Assembly (NCBI GenBank): GCA_021372235.1
Contig: JAJFUW010000061.1
Location: 1-63,939, forward strand
Length of the DNA stretch: 63,939 nt
Direction: 5' to 3'
From: Spirochaetia bacterium
GTDB lineage: Bacteria > Oederibacteriota > PGYV01 > Palsa-1178
Shown here: positions 56,228 to 63,939 of the stretch, piece after piece
Layout: the number at the start of each line of letters is the position of its first letter
Numbering within the stretch: the first letter of the stretch is position 1
Translations under genes and position numbers: made by a program
The notes under the pieces: model-generated
The model's database searches: none
The model's input: only the letters and a program-made list of their open reading frames with translations
What the model was told of the DNA's origin: nothing

Positions 56228-56288
56228 AAGTAGAACATAACGGCCTGTTGCCTTTGCCGTACTCCTGTCTCCTCTCTTTTGTTTCTTT
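56228..56288. repeat. Family F purine-rich repeat block
   Basis: The minus strand after the stop reads TAA-AAAGAAACAAAAGAGAGGAGACAGGAGTACGGCAAAGG. Confidence 0.55.
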
Positions 56289-57062
56289 TTACTCCACGCA
56301 AGTGTATACCCCGTTCTTTTCTATGACACTCACCTTGCATCCGAACAGTGCCGACAATTTTCTGTCTGTCAGCATCTCTTTCCTGCTTCCGGTGCCCGCT
56401 ATCCTGCCATTTTTCAAAAATACCACTTTTTTTACCTGCGGTATGATGTCCTGCAGTGTGTGGGTGGCAATCACCACTGTAACGCCGGATTTGGCTATTT
56501 TTGATATCATACCCCTGAACTTCCGCACCGCGTGGATGTCGAGCGAGTTTGTGGGCTCGTCAAGTATGATGGCCCCCGGCCTGTGTGCCAGCGCCCTGGC
56601 AATGAATACCCTGCGCGCCTCGCCTGACGATACTCCGGATATCGGCCTGCTCCTCAGGCCGGCCACCTCCATGAAATCCATAGCCTCTTCCGAGGCTTTT
56701 ATCATGTGCGGGGTTATCTCCTCGTTATATATCCCCATGGTACTGAAAAATCCGGATACCACGATGTCAAAACAGGTGTATTCCGGATGTACAAGCGATG
56801 TAATGGAATCCGAGACTATTCCGAGCCTGTCGCGCAGTTCATACAGGTTCCATGTCTCAGAGCCCCATATTTTAAATGTATGCTCCTCCGTCTGCAGCGG
56901 GTAAAACTCGCGGGTAATAAGTTTTAAAAGCGTGGATTTGCCCGCGCCGTTGGGCCCGAGCACGGCGGTTGATTCACCGGCATTTATCTGCAGGTCGAGC
57001 GAGTCAAGCAGCCGCTTACCGTCTCTGACTACTGTGATGTTCTTAAAATCAATTATCTTCAA
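56289..57062 (-). CDS. ABC transporter ATP-binding protein (ModF/YlmA-like, no adjacent permease)
   Basis: Walker A GPNGAGKST, signature SSGEARR, Walker B IILDEPT. Confidence 0.88.
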   Translation of the reverse strand: MKIIDFKNITVVRDGKRLLDSLDLQINAGESTAVLGPNGAGKSTLLKLITREFYPLQTEEHTFKIWGSETWNLYELRDRLGIVSDSITSLVHPEYTCFDIVVSGFFSTMGIYNEEITPHMIKASEEAMDFMEVAGLRSRPISGVSSGEARRVFIARALAHRPGAIILDEPTNSLDIHAVRKFRGMISKIAKSGVTVVIATHTLQDIIPQVKKVVFLKNGRIAGTGSRKEMLTDRKLSALFGCKVSVIEKNGVYTCVE

Positions 57063-57095
57063 ACCATTACCTCATCCTTTTATGTTCAACTGCCT

Positions 57096-57130
57096 CCGTG
57101 CAGCACAGGAGTGCTGTTTTCCCTGCACGG
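57096..57130 (-). repeat. Family E hairpin, copy 4
   Basis: CCGTGCAG-CAC-AGGA-GTG-CTG...CTGCACGG. Confidence 0.6.
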
Positions 57131-57152
57131 ACCTGGGACTTGGAACCTGGAA
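57128..57152 (-). repeat. Family A stop-abutting repeat
   Basis: Minus strand: TAG-TTCCAGGTTCCAAGTCCCAGGTCCGTG. Confidence 0.65.
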
Positions 57153-58796
57153 CTACTTCGCTTCCAGCCTCGCCATTACTTCCACATGGTACGTCTGCGC
57201 GAACTGGTCCAGCGGCACCACGTCCTTTAAGTAATATACTTCCTTTAGTTCCTTGATATCCCTGGCAAAGCTCGCCGGGTTGCACGATATGTAGATGATG
57301 TTCGGCACCTTCATCCGCTTTAATACCGATATCACGTGCGGATGTATGCCTTTTCGCGGCGGGTCTATGACTGCCACGTCTATATGATGCTCGTTCAACA
57401 CTCTTTCCACCGCATCCTCGGCCCTGCCGTTTATCACCGTTACGTTGTTGATATGGTTCCTCTCGGTCATAGCGTGGAGCTTTCTGGCCGCTCCCTCGTC
57501 TATCTCCACGACATATATCTCCCTGAACTTGTCCCGTGACGGCATTGTCAGCGCTCCGACCCCGCCGTACAGGTCCAGCACCGACGAACCATTTGCCGTA
57601 TATTTCCTGACAAACTCCGCCATCTTTTCCAGCATGGAGACGTTTACCTGGAAAAAAGCTCCCGAGTCGAGGTCAAAATCCATGCCCGCCGCCGTCTCGG
57701 TTATGTAACCACGGCCTGTCAGCACCTTTTCCCTCCCGCCGAAAATAGCGTTGCCATCTTCCATGTTGAAATTGACGACCACGCCCTTCAATCCCTCCAC
57801 CTTTTCCTTCAGGTATGCCGCGGCGTACTCCAAAAACGGTTTTTCCTCTTTGCCGTATACAACAAATGTTACCAGGCTCTCTTTTTTGCTGTTGACCCTG
57901 ATTGCTATGTGGCGCAGATAACCGCGCCGGCTGTCCTCGTCAAATATGGTTATCTCGGATTTTTTCTCGTTAAGGACAGTTTTTATATGCGCGGCTACCT
58001 CGTTTATTTTCGGGTCGAGGATCAGGCATTTGTCCACGGGTATGATGTCGTGGCTGCGTGCCTTGAAAAACCCCATCTCTATTTTGTCGTTTAACAGCCT
58101 TAGTTTGTACTGCGAACGGTTGCGGTACCCGTAAGGCTCCGGATATGTGACGATATCCGCCACTTTTATATTGGGCATGCCGGCTGATTTTTCCAGCATG
58201 AACTTGACTATCTTGGATTTATGCCATATCTGTGATGAATATTTCACGTTCATCCAGTCGCAGCCGCCGCACTGCCCGAAATAGGGGCACGGAGGCCTCG
58301 CGTCCATGCCCGATTCCCTGATTACCCTGACTATCCTGGCCGAGGCGAAATTCTTTTTGACATCGGTTACTTTGGCCTTTACAAAACTGCCCGGAACGCC
58401 GTATGGAATAAAAATGGTAAAATTTTTGTAGCGTGCGACCGCATCTCCGCCGTACGCCAGATCATCAATCTCCACGTCTATTTCATAGCCCACCCTGACA
58501 GGCACGCCGGGAATGCTTTTTTCGCGGCCGCCAAATTCCCTGCGTTCTCCATAGTCCCTGGAATCGCTGAATTCCCTGGCATCCATGGCCTCCTGTGATT
58601 CGGAACTCCGGGGAGCTCCAAAATTACCGGGCCTGCCGCCGCGGTATACCCTGTCGTTCCCGGGTCCGTTGAAATTCCTCGATCCGCTGTAGTTCCCGGG
58701 CCCGCCAAATTTTCCGGGGCCGCCTGAACGATTATGACCTGCGGGTTTTCCGTGTCCGTTATGTCTGCTCCCGCCTTTATTGTCTTTGTTATACAT
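57153..58796 (-). CDS. RumA/RlmD-family 23S rRNA (uracil-C5)-methyltransferase with a ~95-aa N-terminal Gly/Arg/Asn-rich extension
   Basis: TRAM domain, CPYFGQCGGCDWMN Fe-S cluster, SAM-MTase fold, catalytic ISCNP. AGGAG SD before the upstream ATG. Confidence 0.88.
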   Translation of the reverse strand: MYNKDNKGGSRHNGHGKPAGHNRSGGPGKFGGPGNYSGSRNFNGPGNDRVYRGGRPGNFGAPRSSESQEAMDAREFSDSRDYGERREFGGREKSIPGVPVRVGYEIDVEIDDLAYGGDAVARYKNFTIFIPYGVPGSFVKAKVTDVKKNFASARIVRVIRESGMDARPPCPYFGQCGGCDWMNVKYSSQIWHKSKIVKFMLEKSAGMPNIKVADIVTYPEPYGYRNRSQYKLRLLNDKIEMGFFKARSHDIIPVDKCLILDPKINEVAAHIKTVLNEKKSEITIFDEDSRRGYLRHIAIRVNSKKESLVTFVVYGKEEKPFLEYAAAYLKEKVEGLKGVVVNFNMEDGNAIFGGREKVLTGRGYITETAAGMDFDLDSGAFFQVNVSMLEKMAEFVRKYTANGSSVLDLYGGVGALTMPSRDKFREIYVVEIDEGAARKLHAMTERNHINNVTVINGRAEDAVERVLNEHHIDVAVIDPPRKGIHPHVISVLKRMKVPNIIYISCNPASFARDIKELKEVYYLKDVVPLDQFAQTYHVEVMARLEAK

Positions 58797-58825
58797 TTCT
58801 TTCTCCTTTTATATTCGTACTGTTT

Positions 58826-58862
58826 AAAAAATAAAAAAACCCGGCAAAAAGGCCCGCCGGGT
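58826..58862 (-). terminator. Putative intrinsic terminator or attenuator after gatB
   Basis: ACCCGGC-gggccttttt-GCCGGGT followed by TTTTTTTATTTTTT. Lies only ~30 nt upstream of the next start. Confidence 0.5.
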
Positions 58863-58967
58863 ATATTACTCAATTGTCAATCCTCAGAGGAACGCTTTGC
58901 GTTCCCGCAGCCCTTTGCGACAGGCAAATGTTTTAACATGAATTATTATACCATAACCCCCGGAAAA

Positions 58968-59029
58968 CAAATCACAAATCCCAAAATAAAACAGACCTCT
59001 GATACGCCTTTATTTGGGATTTGTGATTG
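58968..59029. repeat. Family D inverted-repeat element, copy 3 (~20-bp stem)
   Basis: AATCACAAATCCCAAAATAAA ...18 nt... TTTATTTGGGATTTGTGATT. Confidence 0.75.
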
Positions 59030-59030
59030 C

Positions 59031-59059
59031 CTTTTGGGCTCTGGAACATGGAACAGTTC
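59031..59059 (-). repeat. Family A stop-abutting repeat
   Basis: Minus strand: TAA-GAACTGTTCCATGTTCCAGAGCCCAAAAGG. Confidence 0.6.
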
Positions 59060-60526
59060 TTACCCCGATATTTTTTTACGCAACAGTTCGTTCACCATCT
59101 GCGGGTTTGCCTTGCCGCCCGTCTGTTTCATGACCTGGCCCACCAGGAACCCTATGCCGTTCACTTTGCCGCCTTTTATCTCATCCACGGCTTTCGCATT
59201 GGCCGCGATTACCGCCTCGACTGCTTTTTCTATGGCGCCGGCGTCCGTTATCTGCACGAGGCCTTTGTCTTTGACTATTTTTGCCGCATCGCCGCCGTTT
59301 GCAAACATTTCTTCAAATACCTGCTTGGCTATCTTGCCCGATATGGTGCCGTCCTTGATGAGCTTTATCATGCCCGATAAATTCTCGGGGGTTATTTTTG
59401 TATCTGATATTTCCTCTATGCCTGCTTCGTTCATTTTTGCCATCATGTCGCCCATTATCCAGTTAGAACACTGTTTTGGCTCGCCGGAGAGTTTCGCTGC
59501 CTTTTCATACCATCGGGCAGTGGCCAGATCCGCCGTCAAAACTCCTGCGTCATAAGCCGGTATGCCGTACTCCGCCACAAACCTCTCCGCTTTTGCCAGC
59601 GGCAGTTCCGGAAGTTCCTTTGCAATGGTTTCTATGTATGAGTTCGATATTTCCAGCGGCGGCAGGTCCGGCTCCGGGAAGTAACGGTAATCATGCGAGC
59701 CTTCCTTTGACCTCATGGAAAATGTCTTGCCTTTTGCCGTGTCCCACAGCCTGGTTTCCTGCACGATGGCCTCGCCTGATTCCGTCATCCTGGTCTGGCG
59801 GTCCACCTCGTACTCGAGCGCCTTCTGCACGTTTTTGAACGAGTTCATGTTCTTTATCTCGACCTTGGTCCCAAATTTCTCCTGCCCCCACGGCCTGATG
59901 GATACGTTTGCGTCACAGCGCAGGGACCCCTCCTCCATGTTACAGTCGGAGACGTTTATATATTTCATTATGGATTTGATGGTAGTCAGATACAGGTAAG
60001 CCTCTTCGGGCGTGCGCATGTCAGGTTCGGAGACTATCTCGGCCAGCGGCACCCCGCCCCTGTTGTAATCCACCAGCGACTGCTGCGCGTCCGCTATCTG
60101 GCCGGTCGCAGTCAGGTGTATCAGTTTGCCCGCGTCCTCTTCCATGTGCAGGCGCGTGATGCCTATCCTTTTTTTCTGCCCGTCCCTGAACACTATGTCT
60201 ATCCTGCCGTTGACCGCGATGGGCATATCAAACTGCGATATCTGGTACGCCTTTGGCAGATCCGGGTAGTAGTAATTTTTCCTGTCAAATTTTGATTTCT
60301 GCGCTATGGAACATCCCAGCGCGAGACCGGCCTTTATGGCATGGTGCAGAACCTCGCCGTTGAAAACAGGCAGGCTCCCGGGCAGGCCCAGGCAGTTCGG
60401 ACAGATATAGGTATTTGGCTCCGCCCCGAACTCATTTTTGCAGGAGCAGAATATCTTTGTCTTTGTATTGAGCTCGACATGCACCTCGAGCCCTATGACA
60501 GTTTCAAATTTAGCCCTGTTGCTCAT
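59060..60526 (-). CDS. gatB: Asp/Glu-tRNA amidotransferase subunit B
   Basis: [21 protein letters not shown]..., C-terminal YqeY-like domain. Confidence 0.96.
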   Translation of the reverse strand: MSNRAKFETVIGLEVHVELNTKTKIFCSCKNEFGAEPNTYICPNCLGLPGSLPVFNGEVLHHAIKAGLALGCSIAQKSKFDRKNYYYPDLPKAYQISQFDMPIAVNGRIDIVFRDGQKKRIGITRLHMEEDAGKLIHLTATGQIADAQQSLVDYNRGGVPLAEIVSEPDMRTPEEAYLYLTTIKSIMKYINVSDCNMEEGSLRCDANVSIRPWGQEKFGTKVEIKNMNSFKNVQKALEYEVDRQTRMTESGEAIVQETRLWDTAKGKTFSMRSKEGSHDYRYFPEPDLPPLEISNSYIETIAKELPELPLAKAERFVAEYGIPAYDAGVLTADLATARWYEKAAKLSGEPKQCSNWIMGDMMAKMNEAGIEEISDTKITPENLSGMIKLIKDGTISGKIAKQVFEEMFANGGDAAKIVKDKGLVQITDAGAIEKAVEAVIAANAKAVDEIKGGKVNGIGFLVGQVMKQTGGKANPQMVNELLRKKISG

Positions 60527-60540
60527 CAGTTAGCCGCGCC

Positions 60541-60849
60541 CTATTCCTTTTTTTCTTCCTCTTCGGCGGCAGGTGCTTCTTCCTTCTTGAACTCCGCCGT
60601 CTTGCCTTCCCATTCATCTTCCGAAAGTATCACGAGCGGCTTGTCCGAAAAGTTCTCGGTATCAACGCCCTCCGTGTCGATGTTGTCGGAACCGCAGACC
60701 GCGCACTGGATTGATTTCTCCATGTCGCCGGAGTCCTTCTGGTTATATCTGGTGAATGTCCCGCCCGCAAATTCCCATAGTTCGAGCGGCTTGTAGTCCG
60801 TTACCATTATCAAAAACCCTGCCTTGTTACCGCAATCCCTGCAATTCAT
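60541..60849 (-). CDS. Small zinc-ribbon-like protein with acidic tail (102 aa), inserted between gatA and gatB
   Basis: CRDC at residues 3-6 and CAVC at about 59-62. Perfect SD AAGGAGG overlapping the gatA stop. Acidic C-terminus EEAPAAEEEEKKE. Confidence 0.65.
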   Translation of the reverse strand: MNCRDCGNKAGFLIMVTDYKPLELWEFAGGTFTRYNQKDSGDMEKSIQCAVCGSDNIDTEGVDTENFSDKPLVILSEDEWEGKTAEFKKEEAPAAEEEEKKE

Positions 60850-60859
60850 GGTTTCCTCC

Positions 60860-62320
60860 TTACAGTCTTGGCTTCTGTAGATGCCAGTTGGTTTTTTGCT
60901 GGTAGAACGCCGTTAAGTCATATATGGCCTGCTCGGCAAACGGCGCGGCCATGACCTGCATGCCTATCGGCAGGCCCTTTGAGTCAAATCCCGCGGGCAC
61001 CGATATGCCCGGCATACCCGCCATGTTCGGGGCTATCGTGAATATGTCGGATAGGTACATCGTCAGCGGGTCTGCCGCTTTTTCCCCTATTTTAAAAGCC
61101 GTCGTCGGCGAGGTCGGCGTCAGTATCACGTCCACATTCGCGAACGCCCTGTCAAAATCCTGTTTTATGAGCGTGCGGACCTTCTGTGCTTTTTTATAAT
61201 AAGCATCGTAGTATCCTGATGAGAGCACGTAAGTGCCGAGCATTATCCTGCGCTTGGTCTCTCTGCCAAACCCCTTTGCCCTGGACTTTTTATACATATC
61301 TATCATGTTGTCCGCAGTGGTATCGCGGTAACCGTACTGCACGCCGTCAAAACGGGCGAGGTTGGAAGATGCCTCGGCCGGTGCCACGACGTAGTAAACA
61401 TCCAGCGCGTATTCCGTGTGGGGCATCGAGATTTCCTCCACCCTGGCGCCTGCGTCCTGGAGAGTCCTGACCGCGTCCATGACCTTTGACTTAACCTCCG
61501 CGTCCATGCCGTCTATGAAATATTCCTTTGGCAGGCCTATCTTCATGCCCTTGATGTCGCTGCGCAGGTTCTTTAAATAATCCGGCACCGCTATCGGCGC
61601 TGAGGTGGAATCCTTTTCGTCGAGCCCTGCCAGATATTTGAGCAGTATGGCGTTGTCACGAACCGTCTTTGTCATGGGGCCTATCTGGTCCAGCGACGAG
61701 CCAAAAGCGATGAGGCCGTAACGCGAGACGCGGCCGTACGTGGGCCTGATGCCCGTGACGTTGCACAGCCCCGCGGGCTGCTTGATGGAACCGCCGGTAT
61801 CGGATCCCAGCGCGGCTATGCACATGTCCGCGGCGACCGCGGCGGCAGAACCGCCGGATGAACCGCCCGGGACGCGCGATATGTCATAAGGGTTGCATGT
61901 GGTGTGGAAAGACGAATTCTCGGTGGAGGAACCAAAAGCGAACTCGTCCATATTTAGCTTGCCGGTAAATACCGCGCCCGCCCTCTGCAGTTTTTCCAGG
62001 GCCGTGGCAGTATATGGCGGTTTATAACCTTTTAACATCTGCGCCGCGCATGTTGTCTCATAGCCGTCCAGACACATGTTGTCCTTTAGCCCTATCGGTA
62101 TGCCTGTTATTTCCGTGACATTATCGTTATTCATGATGCGTTCTTCGGCGGATTTGGCCATGGCATAGGCGAGTTCTTTGGTGAGCATCAGATATGCCTT
62201 GACCGCGGGCTCAACGGCCTCTATGCGTTTATATACGGAGTCCAGGATGTCGGAGGGCTTTATCGTCTTCTGTATCAGCTGTTCATGCAGCTGTTCTATG
62301 GTCTGTGCGTGTAGTTCCAT
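60860..62320 (-). CDS. gatA: Glu-tRNA(Gln) amidotransferase subunit A
   Basis: Amidase signature GGSSGGSAAAVAA...GSDTGGSIKQPA. Confidence 0.96.
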   Translation of the reverse strand: MELHAQTIEQLHEQLIQKTIKPSDILDSVYKRIEAVEPAVKAYLMLTKELAYAMAKSAEERIMNNDNVTEITGIPIGLKDNMCLDGYETTCAAQMLKGYKPPYTATALEKLQRAGAVFTGKLNMDEFAFGSSTENSSFHTTCNPYDISRVPGGSSGGSAAAVAADMCIAALGSDTGGSIKQPAGLCNVTGIRPTYGRVSRYGLIAFGSSLDQIGPMTKTVRDNAILLKYLAGLDEKDSTSAPIAVPDYLKNLRSDIKGMKIGLPKEYFIDGMDAEVKSKVMDAVRTLQDAGARVEEISMPHTEYALDVYYVVAPAEASSNLARFDGVQYGYRDTTADNMIDMYKKSRAKGFGRETKRRIMLGTYVLSSGYYDAYYKKAQKVRTLIKQDFDRAFANVDVILTPTSPTTAFKIGEKAADPLTMYLSDIFTIAPNMAGMPGISVPAGFDSKGLPIGMQVMAAPFAEQAIYDLTAFYQQKTNWHLQKPRL

Positions 62321-62330
62321 TTACACCTTT

Positions 62331-62395
62331 GGGACCCATGGTTCATGTTCCAAACGGCCCGTTTTTTGGACCCTGGGCCTTGAACCCTGGACCAT
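62331..62395 (-). repeat. Family A stop-abutting GGNCC-rich repeat (gatC-gatA spacer)
   Basis: Minus strand: TAG-ATGGTCCAGGGTTCAAGGCCCAGGGTCCAAAAAACGGGCCGTTTGGAACATGAACCATGGGTCCC. Confidence 0.7.
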
Positions 62396-62680
62396 CTAAA
62401 TTATTTTCGGAACCTTAAAACCATTATTCTCTATACTCGGCGCCGCGACAAAGACCTTTTGCTTGTCTATGGACGGCTTTACCACGTCGGACCGGGTCAC
62501 GTTTTTCATGTCCATGGTGAAATATGTGGGCTCGACGTTGTCCGTGTTGAGTTTTGAGAGCCTGTTTATGTGCTCTAAAATGTCTGATAGTTCCTTTGTG
62601 TACTGCTCCGCCTCCTGCTCGGTTATCTCGAGCCTGGAGAGGTGGGCGATGTACTCTACGTCTTTCCTTGTTATGACCAT
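62396..62680 (-). CDS. gatC: Asp/Glu-tRNA amidotransferase subunit C
   Basis: Start at MVITRKDVEYIAHLSRLEITEQE (AAGGAG SD). Typical GatC. Confidence 0.9.
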   Translation of the reverse strand: MVITRKDVEYIAHLSRLEITEQEAEQYTKELSDILEHINRLSKLNTDNVEPTYFTMDMKNVTRSDVVKPSIDKQKVFVAAPSIENNGFKVPKII

Positions 62681-62688
62681 ATTACTCC

Positions 62689-62746
62689 TTAAAAACGGTC
62701 CCAGGTTGCAGGGCCCTGGGCACAAAAGTCCGGTCCCATGGTCCTG
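62689..62746 (+). repeat. Family A repeat in inverted orientation, upstream of gatC
   Basis: Plus strand: TTAAAAACGGTCCCAGGTTGCAGGGCCCTGGGCACAAAAGTCCGGTCCCATGGTCC. Its terminus abuts the gatC SD. Confidence 0.7.
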
Positions 62747-62910
62747 AAATCAAATGCAATAAGCAATTTTTGTGCCAATAAAAACATAGATAAGATAACA
62801 TAATTTAAGTGGGGTTTCAAGATAAAAACTGTTACATGATAAAAACGACTAAAAAAAACGACTGGATTTTCCCCGGTTTTTCATACCTCCCGGGAAACGA
62901 TATTTAAGTG

Positions 62911-63348
62911 TCAAATTTTAGCGTCATCTGCCGGCTTCGTTTTTTGCTCTCGATGCCGCATGCCTTCCCATCCTGTTTCGAGCAGTATGCGACCAATTCC
63001 GTCGGCAAGCGCATACTGCTTGAATATTGTAACTTCAAAAAATCGTTTTGCCTTTTCCATTACCTTCTTGACCACAATGCTGTATGCCAATTTTATACCC
63101 AATTCAACGCTCAAAAAATAAAATACTGTATGTAATATCGCCGCCACATTGCGTATCGCAACGTAGCTTCTTACCCGCGCGTCTTCAAGATTATACTCGT
63201 TTTTCAAAAACCGAAAACTTTCCTCACATTTCCATCGTGTCAAATAAATTTCCAGAATTTCTTTCTCTGTCTTTTCCGTGTTTGTCGCAAGTATCATCTC
63301 GTCTTCTCCAAAACTTCTAACCGCCACTCCTCCTATGATAAAAATCAA
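62911..63348 (-). mobile_element. IS4-family DDE transposase, C-terminal fragment only (inactive remnant)
   Basis: YLTRWKCEESFRFLK is the Y-x2-R-x3-E-x6-K (YREK) signature. The N-terminal DD part is absent and no inverted repeats were recognised. Confidence 0.75.
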
Positions 63349-63362
63349 GAACGAATAAAATG

Positions 63363-63575
63363 CCCCGCGGCAAGCTGCGGGGGATTTTGATCCTATAAGA
63401 ATATTCCAGATTCTTTCTGTGATAAGTTAGCCCGCTGACGCGGGCTGTATTCAGAAAACGCCGAACCATTGGTTCAGCGTTTTCACGTAGGTTGCCATCA
63501 GACCACGCAAAATTCAATTCGCGTGTTCTGATGGCCTGTCAAGTGTACGCTTCATCCGCGTGCCAAGGCACGCGG
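63363..63575. other. Block of five consecutive, mutually unrelated GC-rich hairpins
   Basis: Stems at 63363..63382, 63429..63446, 63454..63484, 63494..63535 and 63556..63575, read directly. Confidence 0.7.
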
Positions 63576-63659
63576 AATTCGCGATACGGATTAAAGTTAA
63601 TATTAAGAATAAGGTTGATTTTCCTCATCCCAAACTTAAAACGCCTTGCTTTAGGACTA

Positions 63660-63939
63660 TTACCTGCATCCCGCCACTAAATCTTTATCCTGTAAATATA
63701 ATGAAGCGTGCGCCTTCAGTTCTTTTAATGAAGTAAAGGAATATATTTTAACGCCGGGCCTGTTGATAACCACGTCAAGGCCGATTTCCTTCCGCACTAT
63801 TTTCTCTATTTCCTTCATATCGCGGTTATCCGCGTCAAAGGATACCTTTTTCATGTCTTTTATCTCAAGACTGCCCATCCCTCTTGGCAGGTATATGGCG
63901 CCGTTGGAGAAGTCAACTATGAATGCTAAGACCCCGGGC
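63660..63939 (-). CDS. Hypothetical protein, C-terminal part (ORF enters from the right window edge)
   Basis: The frame is open from 63939: PGVLAFIVDFSNGAIYLPRGMGSLEIKD... The track lists only the part starting at the internal Met. Confidence 0.5.
   Translation of the reverse strand, partial: PGVLAFIVDFSNGAIYLPRGMGSLEIKDMKKVSFDADNRDMKEIEKIVRKEIGLDVVINRPGVKIYSFTSLKELKAHASLYLQDKDLVAGCR

Overview
This is a 63.9-kb bacterial chromosomal segment, probably from an uncultivated non-proteobacterial lineage. About 90% of the genes are on the minus strand.

Core genes recognised from the translations: hsdM, rnpB (RNase P RNA, type A), lemA, queE, lepA, coaX, fixCX, dnaJ, grpE, ahcY, metK, nrdG, nrdD, miaB, gatCAB, tRNA-Cys, an ECF sigma/anti-sigma operon, a GH59-like glycosidase, and a cluster of envelope or surface proteins.

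Four things stand out.
1. A textbook TPP riboswitch with its terminator platform sits in front of an uncharacterised PurM/HypE-like (AIR-synthase-related) gene.
2. The class III ribonucleotide reductase is split. Its glycyl-radical domain is a separate 65-aa ORF, and the two pieces are separated by repeat modules.
3. The intergenic space is built from at least seven short repeat families (A-G). Several of them abut or even supply stop codons and occur in a fixed order downstream of genes.
4. Gene decay is widespread: type I R-M remnants flank a tRNA-Cys-adjacent AT-rich island, two Thr-rich surface-protein pseudogenes are present, and an IS4 transposase stump lies next to a five-hairpin block.

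Limits: everything was read by eye, with no statistics, database searches or folding computed. Coordinates that I located by hand (RNAs, repeats, promoters) may be off by 1-3 nt.
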